A stretch of 64,000 nt of DNA, from NCBI GenBank assembly GCA_964430885.1, contig CAYSHM010000001.1, positions 128,001 to 192,000 on the forward strand. The letters run 5' to 3'. Each line of letters begins with the position of its first letter. The stretch's first letter is position 1. The DNA comes from an uncultured archaeon (lineage in GTDB: Archaea > Thermoplasmatota > Penumbrarchaeia > JASLWR01). The notes under the pieces were generated by a model that worked only from the letters and a program-made list of their open reading frames with translations, was not told where the DNA came from and made no database searches. The position numbers and the translations under genes were made by a program. Shown in pieces: positions 10,907 to 20,313 of this stretch.

Positions 10907-11851
10907 TTACTGAACCTCTTTCCTCTTCAGCTTGAACACCGACAGCACCGCTAGGACCGCAGGGATCAGCGTCCAGATCAACCAGGAGGTCGCCTTCGAA
11001 TTATAGTTGGTCAAAGGAATCGAGGCCAGCTGGAAACCCTGGTCGGGCTCATCAAGGGACACTCCAAGGTCATGGGTCCCCGCGAACAAACCCATCTGCT
11101 CCTGGAACGTGGGAGTGAGATAGATCCCCCCAGCCTCGATGAACGAGATGAAGATATTCCCCAGATGGTAGCCAGGATCGAAATGATAGAGGCTATTATC
11201 CACGTAGAATTCGGAGAAACCCGACCTGATCATGTAGAAACCGAGATAGATAAATATTACCAGCCCGGCAGATATTATCATCACCAGCACGCGGCTCTTC
11301 GATATCGTGGAAAGAAAGAGAGGTATGGTGCCGAAGACCACCGCCACGAACAGAGTATACAGAAGCAGTATGGGCACATACGGGACCAGCTCCCACATGA
11401 CCGAGAGATGCGCACCCGAGACCGTGACAAATACGTATACCGATAAAATGATGGCGATCAGCTCCATTACCGCCACGAACACGAGATAAGCCAGGAACTT
11501 CCCGAGGATCACCTCCCACCTGCGAATGGGTCTGGTGATAAGCGACAACAGGGTGCCCCGGCTGTCCTCGCCGGCAATGAAATCCGAAACGGTCCATGCC
11601 GAAAAGAAAGAGAGCACTATTCCCCCGATCCAGAAATACGTGACAACGAAGAGCCGATCCTTGAGCATGAGGGCCTGGACCCCTACGGGATAGCTTGATA
11701 CATCGGCGCCGTAGGCGGTGATGATGGGAACGATGACGGCCACAGCGAGGAAGATTAGGGCTCTCGGTAATGTCAATAACTTCTGAAGTTCCCTTGCAGC
11801 GATTATGTGGAAGCGCGACCCGGATATCCCCGTTTCACTCATGGAACCCAC
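10907..11851 (-). CDS. ABC-2 type transporter permease
   Basis: Multiple TM helices; IAGEDSRGTL...ITRPIRRWEVILGKFLA motif. Confidence 0.9.
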   Translation of the reverse strand: MGSMSETGISGSRFHIIAARELQKLLTLPRALIFLAVAVIVPIITAYGADVSSYPVGVQALMLKDRLFVVTYFWIGGIVLSFFSAWTVSDFIAGEDSRGTLLSLITRPIRRWEVILGKFLAYLVFVAVMELIAIILSVYVFVTVSGAHLSVMWELVPYVPILLLYTLFVAVVFGTIPLFLSTISKSRVLVMIISAGLVIFIYLGFYMIRSGFSEFYVDNSLYHFDPGYHLGNIFISFIEAGGIYLTPTFQEQMGLFAGTHDLGVSLDEPDQGFQLASIPLTNYNSKATSWLIWTLIPAVLAVLSVFKLKRKEVQ

Positions 11852-12809
11852 CTCCTTTTCCGTTCATTTCCTTTCCATTTTCGGACACCGAAGTGAGGAA
11901 GATATCCTCTAGGGATACATCCCGTTTCTTGAAGGACATCATCACGGCCTTTGATTTGTAGACTATTTCGGTCACCGCTTCCTGAAGAACGTCGTCCTTG
12001 TCCGAGACCACCTGTATCCGATTTTCATCGTCGATCCAAGCACGCTTGACATAGGGAAGTCCCTTCAATTTCTTCAATATCGACTCGTTCTTCGACGTTT
12101 CCAGCAGGAAATGATTGCCGGCCAGTTGATCCTTGATGGCACCGACATCGTCCGAGAGTATTATCTCTCCCTTGTTTATGATGGTAACTGTATCGGCGAG
12201 TTTTTCAACTTCCCCCAGAATATGGCTGCTTACGAAAACAGTCAATCCGCGCTCACGGACAAGCTCCCGTATATGATCGATCATACCCGCGCGGCCCACG
12301 GGATCGAGATTTGCCGTGGGTTCGTCCAGGATTAGTATCTCGGGCTCGTGTATGAGCGCCTGGGCCAGGCCCGCTTTCTGTTTCATACCGGAACTGTAAT
12401 TATTGACCTTGCGGTCCGCCGCCTCCTCGAGCTTCAGCCACAGGATCAGCTCTTCTGCCTTTGTTGCGGCATCAGCCTTGCCGAGGTGCCCGAGCCTTCC
12501 CATGTAGATTAAATAATCATAGAGTGTCATGTCGAAGAACTTGGGATGCTCCGACACGTATCCGATGAGCGAGTTCGCCTTGACGGAGCCGGCCTTATAT
12601 CCCTTAATCGTAGCTGTTCCCCGGGTGATGCCGAGACCCCCCACAAGCATCTTTATTGTGGTTGTCTTCCCGGCGCCGTTGGGCCCCAGGAAGCCGTGGG
12701 CCTGTCCCGGAAGGACCTTGAAATCGATGCCGTTCACGGCCTTTACGATACTGGCTTCGCTACCGAAATGCTTGGTGAGGTTCTTGGCCTCGATCATGGG
12801 GTGGATCAT
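11835..12809 (-). CDS. ABC-2 type transporter ATP-binding protein
   Basis: GPNGAGKTT, YSSGMKQK, ILDEPT, SSH and C-terminal SLEDIF. Confidence 0.95.
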   Translation of the reverse strand: MIHPMIEAKNLTKHFGSEASIVKAVNGIDFKVLPGQAHGFLGPNGAGKTTTIKMLVGGLGITRGTATIKGYKAGSVKANSLIGYVSEHPKFFDMTLYDYLIYMGRLGHLGKADAATKAEELILWLKLEEAADRKVNNYSSGMKQKAGLAQALIHEPEILILDEPTANLDPVGRAGMIDHIRELVRERGLTVFVSSHILGEVEKLADTVTIINKGEIILSDDVGAIKDQLAGNHFLLETSKNESILKKLKGLPYVKRAWIDDENRIQVVSDKDDVLQEAVTEIVYKSKAVMMSFKKRDVSLEDIFLTSVSENGKEMNGKGGGFHE

Positions 12810-15800
12810 TGCTTCGCCTCCCCGGCTTCGGATTTTGCAGGCATTTTCTTCTGTTTTTCATCTTTACCAACGGACGGTGGATCATTTTCCTTTTTCGCAT
12901 TCTCAACCTTCGATGCTTCTATCTCTCTCCTTTTCTCCCTCCACCGTTCCGCGCTCTTTCTCAACTTGATCCGCCTCGTTACCAATATCACAACTATTGC
13001 TATGATCAGTATCACACCTGCAATGATATTAATGATCAGGGGCGCATTGGATTCCGGCACCGTGACGATTATGGAATCCGAGAGGACGCCTCCGAACTCA
13101 TCGGTGGTCTCCACTATGATCTCATGCTTGCCGCCGCTGAGAGTAAGGGTAGTTTCACCTTCAGTGTGTGATCCGTAGCAGATACCATCCACAAAGACCT
13201 CGCACTCCACGCCTTCCAGATCCCATTTCAAAGTAAACTCGTCATCCATGGGATCGTCATTTTCAGGTGAGAGTATTGATAGACTGTAAGAACCGTCCAG
13301 ACAATACAGGCTGTTTCCCCTGGATACCAGAATATCCGATTTTCCATCGGAGTTGATATCACCGTTGTCTTCCGCTACCGCATATCCGACAGGGATTTGT
13401 CGTAGCAACGTGCCCGTTTCCGGATCCACCAGTTCCAATACAGGGACCTCTTCATCATTTACTACGGCAGTTCTCTGTACCACCATGTCCTTGATCCCAT
13501 CGCCGGAAACATCGCTTGTAACCGAGATACCGAAAACCGGTTGAGCCATGTTCCAATCGGTAAATTCCGTCTGTTCCTCGTATTGGATGACATTGAGTTG
13601 TTCTCCGGTTTTCCCGTCCAATATATGAATGTCAGCGCCCAGAGCATCCCATCGGCCGGAACCCACGGCTATATCGGCTGTTCCGTCTCCGTTGGTATCG
13701 TGAATTATCCTCAAGGGGTTGCCCCCACTGAAAGCATAATCAAATATCTCCGTATTCACCCATATCTCCTGGTGGGTAAGTCCATCAACTGCTATTATCT
13801 GGGGAGGTGATCTCTTGCCCCCGATTTTTTTGAAGATCAGAGCGTCCTCGACCCCGTTGCCATTGAGGTCCTGGTGGAAAGGCCCGTCCACAGGGTTTTT
13901 TCCCGGAGCAAAGTTTTCCAGGGGCAGGTTCCCCGCCCCAACGGAAAAGCCTGGCCCAATGGCGCTGCCGTCAAGGCCGCTCAGGACATGACATTCATGC
14001 TGCTCGTCGTTATTGTCATCTCCAGGAACAACAGAGAAGTACATCACATCCGACCTGCCGTCCCCATTCATGTCCTCGATCAGCCGGAAGCTGTCGGACA
14101 ATACCTCATCATTGTCTGGACTGCTGAGTTCCCCGGGATATCTCCAGGAGTAGTTTGCCGACAGACTGCCGTTGTCCGATATGTTTGAAAAGTATATCAG
14201 GGATGAAAAATCTGTGATGAGTAAACCCGGTTGAGCAACATCGTCCACGGCAAAAACTTGGGGATACCACGGCAGCCAACTGATATTATTTTGGGTCATG
14301 TTCCACAATTGTGAGCCGTCCGCCCCGTCCAGAAGATAGACCTTTCCTCCCTGGCCCCCCACCATTACATCCGTGATGCTGTCTCCGTTCAGGTCCGCAA
14401 TTAGGTCCATTGTTGCGATCCTTCGGTTCACCGCGTTCCAGTCTTCATAGAGACCCTGGGATGCATTGAGGGAGGAATTGAGCCAGAGCTGGTCCGTGAC
14501 GGGTGCCTCCCAGGCCAAACTGCCGTCGGCTCCATCTATGACGAACACGAATGTATGATTTCTCATCTCCAGGAGATCGTCCGCCCCGTCGCTTTGCCGG
14601 TAGGCCAGGATATCGATCTTTCCGTCACCGGTAAAGTCGTTTTCCAAGCTGATGTCCCTTGCGCCCTTCGTCGGAAGATCTGCGAGAGATACGGAATGTC
14701 TCCAGAGCTCTTCGCCGGTGACTCTGTCGACGGCCTGGATGGTCCTTACATGAGAATTCGAGCCCAGGAAGGACAGGACCACGAGGTCTCCGGTCCCGTC
14801 GCCGGTTATGTCCGAGATGTCTTGTACCTCCACACTTTCCATGTTGTTCACATCCCAAAGGACTTCCTGAGTTTGTGGGTCCACTACCAGAAGGCCAGAG
14901 GTTCCAAGGGTCATTATCATCAACTGCCCCTGTGAGCCGTTGGGATTATCAAAGAATTTTAGCTGAAAATTCCCCAGCCAGGCATTATCGAGGATGGGAT
15001 GTTCAAAAAAGATTTCAAGTTCCTTGCTCTCGGTATCCACCAGTTTGATCTTGTTCTTATGCGGGATCACCAGAGAATAATTACCGTTGCCGTTCCAGTT
15101 TATGAGAACTTCCGTTGACCACAGAACAGGAATATCGATGGCGTTGGTTCCTGTAGTATTGAAAAGTATACTTTCCTGATCCAGTTCCACAAACTCATCA
15201 TCATTTGAACCATCATCATCCTTCCTATCCCCTTCCTTTCCCTGCCTTGTCCTGACACCGGCCGGGGACGAGGAGATTATCTTGGCCGTCCCGCTGTGAT
15301 CCCGGTTAATTCCCATGACCAGGATGTCTCGGAGCCCGTCGCCGTCGAAATCCTCGATGGTCTTTATGCGCGGATTGAAATAATTTGACAGATCATCTAT
15401 ACCGGCCTGTATTCCGACATTGTCCTCCTCATCGATATTCGGCTGGTTCTGAAGGGTGATCTTCTTGGACCAGATGATATTTCCGCCGCTTCCGCTCATC
15501 AATGTAACGAAACCATCCTCCGAACTGACAACCACATCCGGGACATTATCGCTGTTAACATCCTCGAACGTGAGAATGGACCAAAGAGATAGGTCGATCC
15601 TGATGTCCACCGTCCCGCCTTCTTCTCCTTTTTTGGAGTCCAATTCAATGACCGTCTCATATATTTCGGTCAGATCATGTTCCCAGACCACTCTGCCGTT
15701 TTTACCGTTCAGCAGATAAATATCCCCGTCCTGGGAACCCGCGAGAACATCGTTCACGTTATCTCCGGTAAGGTCCGGGGCTGCCACAACGCTCCAGATA

Positions 15801-16438
15801 TCGTTTCCGCCAGTAAATGTCCACATGACATCCCCATTCTCTCCCGACAGGCGATAGACCCTTTTCCATGAACTCACGATAACATCCTTTCTACCGCCTG
15901 AAGGGATTGAGTCGACGCACCACGAGATGGTTTCCGCATCAATAAGTCCGTCTTCCTCGGTAAAAGCTTCCACTTCGGGTTTGAATTCCCAGAGTTTTTC
16001 CCCGGTCTCCGTGCTCACTGCAATGACATTGGGCGTTTGCTGGTTTCGAGTGCTTATCACGAAATCGTTTCGACCGCCATTGTCAATATCGGCGATATCG
16101 GTAATTGATAAAACAGGATTCAGTGTGGTGTAACGAGTGTATACCTCACCTGTAAGAAGATCTATGGCCATGGCACCGCCGTCCGTTCCCACCAGCACGG
16201 TGTTCGGAGTACCGGTATTTGTCTGGTCCACCAGCTTTATCTCGGTGGTTATCCCACCGGTCATGCCGTCGATTGTCTGCCAGAGTACGCTGCCCTTGGA
16301 TGTGTTATCCAGGATTTCTGGAATTGTATTCGCGTCCTGAGCGGGGATTATAATAAATAATGCCGATGTCATCAGTAAAATCGTCAAAATTACTGGCCTT
16401 ATCGAGTGTCTTTTCATTTTCATTCCCCCTTCCCGCAA
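12806..16438 (-). CDS. Large PQQ-like/FG-GAP beta-propeller surface protein with C-terminal TM anchor
   Basis: Signal peptide; many DxNGDG-x-x-D and 'L-dG-x-x-G-x-x-x-W' repeats; TM helix near residues 1140-1160. Confidence 0.85.
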   Translation of the reverse strand: MREGGMKMKRHSIRPVILTILLMTSALFIIIPAQDANTIPEILDNTSKGSVLWQTIDGMTGGITTEIKLVDQTNTGTPNTVLVGTDGGAMAIDLLTGEVYTRYTTLNPVLSITDIADIDNGGRNDFVISTRNQQTPNVIAVSTETGEKLWEFKPEVEAFTEEDGLIDAETISWCVDSIPSGGRKDVIVSSWKRVYRLSGENGDVMWTFTGGNDIWSVVAAPDLTGDNVNDVLAGSQDGDIYLLNGKNGRVVWEHDLTEIYETVIELDSKKGEEGGTVDIRIDLSLWSILTFEDVNSDNVPDVVVSSEDGFVTLMSGSGGNIIWSKKITLQNQPNIDEEDNVGIQAGIDDLSNYFNPRIKTIEDFDGDGLRDILVMGINRDHSGTAKIISSSPAGVRTRQGKEGDRKDDDGSNDDEFVELDQESILFNTTGTNAIDIPVLWSTEVLINWNGNGNYSLVIPHKNKIKLVDTESKELEIFFEHPILDNAWLGNFQLKFFDNPNGSQGQLMIMTLGTSGLLVVDPQTQEVLWDVNNMESVEVQDISDITGDGTGDLVVLSFLGSNSHVRTIQAVDRVTGEELWRHSVSLADLPTKGARDISLENDFTGDGKIDILAYRQSDGADDLLEMRNHTFVFVIDGADGSLAWEAPVTDQLWLNSSLNASQGLYEDWNAVNRRIATMDLIADLNGDSITDVMVGGQGGKVYLLDGADGSQLWNMTQNNISWLPWYPQVFAVDDVAQPGLLITDFSSLIYFSNISDNGSLSANYSWRYPGELSSPDNDEVLSDSFRLIEDMNGDGRSDVMYFSVVPGDDNNDEQHECHVLSGLDGSAIGPGFSVGAGNLPLENFAPGKNPVDGPFHQDLNGNGVEDALIFKKIGGKRSPPQIIAVDGLTHQEIWVNTEIFDYAFSGGNPLRIIHDTNGDGTADIAVGSGRWDALGADIHILDGKTGEQLNVIQYEEQTEFTDWNMAQPVFGISVTSDVSGDGIKDMVVQRTAVVNDEEVPVLELVDPETGTLLRQIPVGYAVAEDNGDINSDGKSDILVSRGNSLYCLDGSYSLSILSPENDDPMDDEFTLKWDLEGVECEVFVDGICYGSHTEGETTLTLSGGKHEIIVETTDEFGGVLSDSIIVTVPESNAPLIINIIAGVILIIAIVVILVTRRIKLRKSAERWREKRREIEASKVENAKKENDPPSVGKDEKQKKMPAKSEAGEAKQ

Positions 16439-16439
16439 C

Positions 16440-17135
16440 TTATTCTCTTCCCTTCTTTGATGAAGTGGAATGTAAGGTATCGAGATGTGCCTGGAGAGAT
16501 TTCACCATCAGGTCAGTTCCACATTTCGGGCAGGTCGTCCAGTCGTCATCCTTGGATTTCCCCTTTGTGGCAGTACCTTTTAACATTATCCGGATCACCA
16601 CTGCAAGTACGATGATGGCGATGACCGCTCCGATAATGCTATACAGGACCCAGCTTTTCATTCCGCTCTCCTTTGCGGGATCGTCCTCTTCGGGCTTATC
16701 CTTATCAGTATCATCCCTGAGGGGCTCATCTTTCCCGTCATCCTCTCCCACAGTGAGTGTTCCGGTGACAGAGCCGCTAACGCTGCATTCCACGGTAACG
16801 GCCATCACATCTCCATCGGAAGCGGTCACATTGTAGGAATATACCACCATGCCCTTGCCCTTTTCATCGTCAACCTTCTGGCTCGTGTAGGTCTCATTCA
16901 GTACTTCGAGACGGTTCACGTGGATGGTCACTTTTTTGATATAATGGGTGTCGGGCTCTGCTGATTCATGGTCAATGTAGACTGTTACCATCCCCTCTTT
17001 GTAGGTCGGATATACCGCAGCCGGTGAATGGGCCCGGACATTCCCCGATATTGGGAGGAAAGCGAGAGCTGTTAGAAGCGCTGAAAATATCAGAGCCGAT
17101 AAGGCCATTGATGCAATGGTTCTATTCGTTTTCAT
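16440..17135 (-). CDS. Secreted, TM-anchored protein with cytoplasmic Zn finger
   Basis: Signal peptide ending VRA-HSP; His-containing Ig-like region; acidic linker; TM helix; CPKC...HLDTLH tail. Confidence 0.75.
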   Translation of the reverse strand: MKTNRTIASMALSALIFSALLTALAFLPISGNVRAHSPAAVYPTYKEGMVTVYIDHESAEPDTHYIKKVTIHVNRLEVLNETYTSQKVDDEKGKGMVVYSYNVTASDGDVMAVTVECSVSGSVTGTLTVGEDDGKDEPLRDDTDKDKPEEDDPAKESGMKSWVLYSIIGAVIAIIVLAVVIRIMLKGTATKGKSKDDDWTTCPKCGTDLMVKSLQAHLDTLHSTSSKKGRE

Positions 17136-17172
17136 TCCGTCATTCTCCTACATTTTCTGTTTCAAATTGATG

Positions 17173-17367
17173 TCAATCGTCAAAAATAAAAATCTTCTCG
17201 ATAGTGGTTTTGAAAACCCTAGCGATGTCATGGGCCAGTTTCAACGAGGGATTGTATTTTCCCTTCTCGAGATAGACTATTGTCTCCCGCCGCACTCCCA
17301 CCTTCAATGCGAGATCGCCCGGGGTCAGATCGAATCTCGCTCTGAGCTCTTTGATACGGGTTTTCAT
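17173..17367 (-). CDS. XRE-family HTH transcriptional regulator
   Basis: [15 protein letters not shown]...[27 protein letters not shown]; 64 aa from ATG 17367. Confidence 0.9.
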   Translation of the reverse strand: MKTRIKELRARFDLTPGDLALKVGVRRETIVYLEKGKYNPSLKLAHDIARVFKTTIEKIFIFDD

Positions 17368-17380
17368 AATTTCCATCCCA

Positions 17381-17578
17381 TCATTCTGTCGGATCCCCCC
17401 GGAAATGATGCCATATCCAGCATAGACCGAATATACAGAGCATGGCCAATGTCTGATAGAACACCAGCAGTGAGGGATCCATATTTTCATAATCGGATTT
17501 GAATAAATTAGAGTATTTCAGAATAAGATTTATTCCTCGTTGCGTGCCGTGAATATCCGAAGCTATTAACAATTTCAT
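17381..17578 (-). pseudogene. Chimeric ORF: metallophosphoesterase N-terminus fused in frame to the C-terminus of an island membrane protein
   Basis: MKLLIASDIHG is metallophosphoesterase motif I (DxHG). The expected GD motif is missing and is replaced by a hydrophobic GC-richer tail after about 17490. Confidence 0.75.
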
Positions 17579-17644
17579 TATAATTCAACTACCAATACCT
17601 TAGGCCTGAAATATTATTTCAGGAAAAAAGTAGTAACCTAAGGT

Positions 17645-19318
17645 TTATTGTCTTTTTAAAATAAAATGTAAAATTGTTGTCATAAAGATTATCAATATCA
17701 CTAAAGTAATCGGTGGTTCAAAGGAGGGTGTAACACTTTCGTATCTTCTATCAGCTATATGGATTATTTTTGTAGCTTCATTGTTATTATATTCACCGCT
17801 GGCTTCTGCTGCTTCTATCAATCTATTTGTAGTATCTATCCTTACGTTGACGGGGATTGCTGAAATATTTGAATTCAACTGAATAATGGTCTCGACACCT
17901 ACTAGGTATGTACCGCCTGGCGGGATTATTGCTCCTCCGGGAATGGAGGTTTCTAAGATGAGGGACATTTCGGGAATTTCAAACTCAACCGTTAAGTCAT
18001 TGTTCGATACCGCTTCAGTCATGCCAGAATTATATATGAGGGCAGTGATGTAGGTATATTCATTGTTATACGCTGCATGAGGTTTTATATCACTGATCCT
18101 TATACTGAGATCAGGACCTACTTTGAAACGTTTGTATCCAATATTGTTTGTAATATTGACATCTGGATCGTAATTATTGGATTCTACAATGTCGTTTTCA
18201 ATATCAATGAGGAGTCTAGCCTCGAAAATTCCTTCTGACAGAGGAGTGTAATTATATATCAATGAATATCTTTCCCCAATGTCAAGACCTGAACAAGGCA
18301 GGTTATTCTCTTCATGCAGAGTGAAGTTCCCTGTAGCTGGATTAAGCTGGTACAACTGGATTTTTGTTATGAATGAATCATAAGTGTCATTGTTTCCAAT
18401 ATTTTCAATATTCGCTTTAATGGTAAGATTGTTCCACTGGACCGCTTCAGGTCCACCAGTGGTAACTTGAATATCATAGGTATTTCCAATCTTATTTACT
18501 GCAATATCTGGATAGCCATTCAATACTTCAGGTCCAAGAAATAACTGACTGGTTTCCGAAGCACCGAATTCGTCAATGAATTCAAAATAATATTGGTGCT
18601 TCCCTGGACTTAGCTTTGTGGAATACTGAAATAATTCTCCGTCAGTATAGTCATCATCAAAATAGTCTCCAACACCGGTTATTTCTTCCATTTGATAATA
18701 AATATTATCAATATAAACTCCGCTCTGATACTGAGTTAGATCTGGCCTGTGATTGTCTAGATCTAAGTACACTATTTGAAAGGTAAAAGTGTCTGAAATG
18801 GTGCCACTTTCAGGGAAAATAGTTGTTTCATGGAATGCACCTCCATAAACATTCGGAACCAATAGTGAAGGTTTATTGTTCACTATTACTGATTCATTCA
18901 GACCTTGGTGGGGCCATCGGTAGGTCACATTATTTATCAAGGCTTCAAAATGATAGTGGTGTGTGCCTGGATCCAAACCATTGATTTCTAAAGAAAAAAT
19001 GGCACCATCGTCATATGTGTGATCTATGCTTTCCATCTCAAAATGATCAGATCCTATTACCAAATGCAGATGATTATCACCCCAGTTGGGATCGATATTG
19101 GAACTATTTTGATACATTATCCGGAATTCAAAAAAATCGTCCTCAATACCAATATCAGGTTCAGCTCCATCATATATGTATCCATCTTCTCCGGTCCAGG
19201 TGAGTTCCGGAAGGGATGTGGCATTGGAAGCCAATGAAGAAGGAATGCCAATCATGCACGTTATCATAAGTGCCCCCAATGTGCATACAAATAAATGCCA
19301 ATATCTCATAATAAACAC
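17645..19318 (-). CDS. Secreted CARDB/Ig-like protein with PGF-CTERM-like C-terminal sorting signal
   Basis: Signal peptide; PDIA...ENIG...IVESN and PDLS...NNEA CARDB patterns; ends TPSFE + TM helix + KRQ. Confidence 0.8.
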   Translation of the reverse strand: MFIMRYWHLFVCTLGALMITCMIGIPSSLASNATSLPELTWTGEDGYIYDGAEPDIGIEDDFFEFRIMYQNSSNIDPNWGDNHLHLVIGSDHFEMESIDHTYDDGAIFSLEINGLDPGTHHYHFEALINNVTYRWPHQGLNESVIVNNKPSLLVPNVYGGAFHETTIFPESGTISDTFTFQIVYLDLDNHRPDLTQYQSGVYIDNIYYQMEEITGVGDYFDDDYTDGELFQYSTKLSPGKHQYYFEFIDEFGASETSQLFLGPEVLNGYPDIAVNKIGNTYDIQVTTGGPEAVQWNNLTIKANIENIGNNDTYDSFITKIQLYQLNPATGNFTLHEENNLPCSGLDIGERYSLIYNYTPLSEGIFEARLLIDIENDIVESNNYDPDVNITNNIGYKRFKVGPDLSIRISDIKPHAAYNNEYTYITALIYNSGMTEAVSNNDLTVEFEIPEMSLILETSIPGGAIIPPGGTYLVGVETIIQLNSNISAIPVNVRIDTTNRLIEAAEASGEYNNNEATKIIHIADRRYESVTPSFEPPITLVILIIFMTTILHFILKRQ

Positions 19319-19524
19319 CTTCGCCTGATCAGATATGAACCTTACAGGATGATTTCCAATATGATTAGTTAATATTTACATATCGTCTGCCAAGATTATA
19401 AGGTTTTTTATGACATCAGCAAATCAACATATTCAAGTTGAAGAATAGAAAGATCAATTTTCTACATTGCATTAGAGTAAATAATAAATAAAAAAGAGAG
19501 AGACCCAAGTATTCAGATGGAATG

Positions 19525-20313
19525 TCAGGTCTCTTTTTCTTTCTGTTTTCCTCTATAGAGCAATCCAACCATTATTATAAAAGGAACGAAGATTATCGCT
19601 ATTGAAAGCATTACGCCATAAATGGAATTCAATATCAGTGAATTACCGAATTGAGGCGAAAGTCCTTCGATAGTGAAGGGCGGGATCTCATATCCTTTAT
19701 CCATCATCATGATCAGAACATTCTGTAGGTCCAAGATGAACCATGAATAAAAGAAGATAATGGAAAAGAATATCACTAACCACAATAGGTATTTTCCAGA
19801 CAGTAGATTTAAATTTAAATTTTCCTTTTTAAGGTTGTGTTTGGACGCAAATTGTTTTATTCCATAGAAATGGTTTGAGGTGCTTGCCAATTCGACATAT
19901 AGAATCAATCCAAAGGAGAAAAGAAGAACATAGAACAATGTTGTGCTAGATAGGTCACCTACATCAGTGTAGGTTCTAGTCCCCCAAACTCCTATGATAG
20001 CCCCAATTATAAAGAATATCATGGATGACATTACAAAGATATTGTTCAGGGACGGGACGATCTTGAATTTAGATATTTCTATAATGCTGAAAGGCAAACA
20101 AGCCCATAGACCCAACAGACCCAATAATGCTGCTAATCCGATGAATATGAAACCCACTAGTTTTGGCAGATTATTTGCCCCGGCCTCATCAACTAGAATG
20201 AACAGCATAATTCCTGCGATCAAGAGGCTGATTGTGCCCAGCGCCTGGAGTAGTGTGAGTAATGTGCTGGCTTTTGCAGCATCAATTGATTGGATGGGTT
20301 CGTCGTCTGCCAT
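19525..20313 (-). CDS. Multi-pass membrane protein of the MoxR/DUF58 operon
   Basis: About six hydrophobic helices; start overlaps the DUF58 stop. Confidence 0.8.
   Translation of the reverse strand: MADDEPIQSIDAAKASTLLTLLQALGTISLLIAGIMLFILVDEAGANNLPKLVGFIFIGLAALLGLLGLWACLPFSIIEISKFKIVPSLNNIFVMSSMIFFIIGAIIGVWGTRTYTDVGDLSSTTLFYVLLFSFGLILYVELASTSNHFYGIKQFASKHNLKKENLNLNLLSGKYLLWLVIFFSIIFFYSWFILDLQNVLIMMMDKGYEIPPFTIEGLSPQFGNSLILNSIYGVMLSIAIIFVPFIIMVGLLYRGKQKEKET

Larger units (their letters stand above)
10610..17490. mobile_element. GC-rich horizontally acquired island (ABC transporter cluster), no mobility gene
   Basis: Visibly higher GC (by eye about 50-55% versus 35-40% in the flanks); genes are broken at both borders. 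Confidence 0.75.

Noticed and set aside
11072-16836. Numerous overlapping plus-strand ORFs in the island
   Set aside because: Expected shadow ORFs of GC-rich minus-strand genes; no motifs.
17368-17490. N-terminal extension of the HTH ORF in the ORF track
   Set aside because: Family similarity begins at MKTRIKELR (17367); the upstream part overlaps the chimeric ORF in another frame.
17116-17502. 128-aa plus-strand ORF
   Set aside because: Antisense shadow of the XRE HTH gene.
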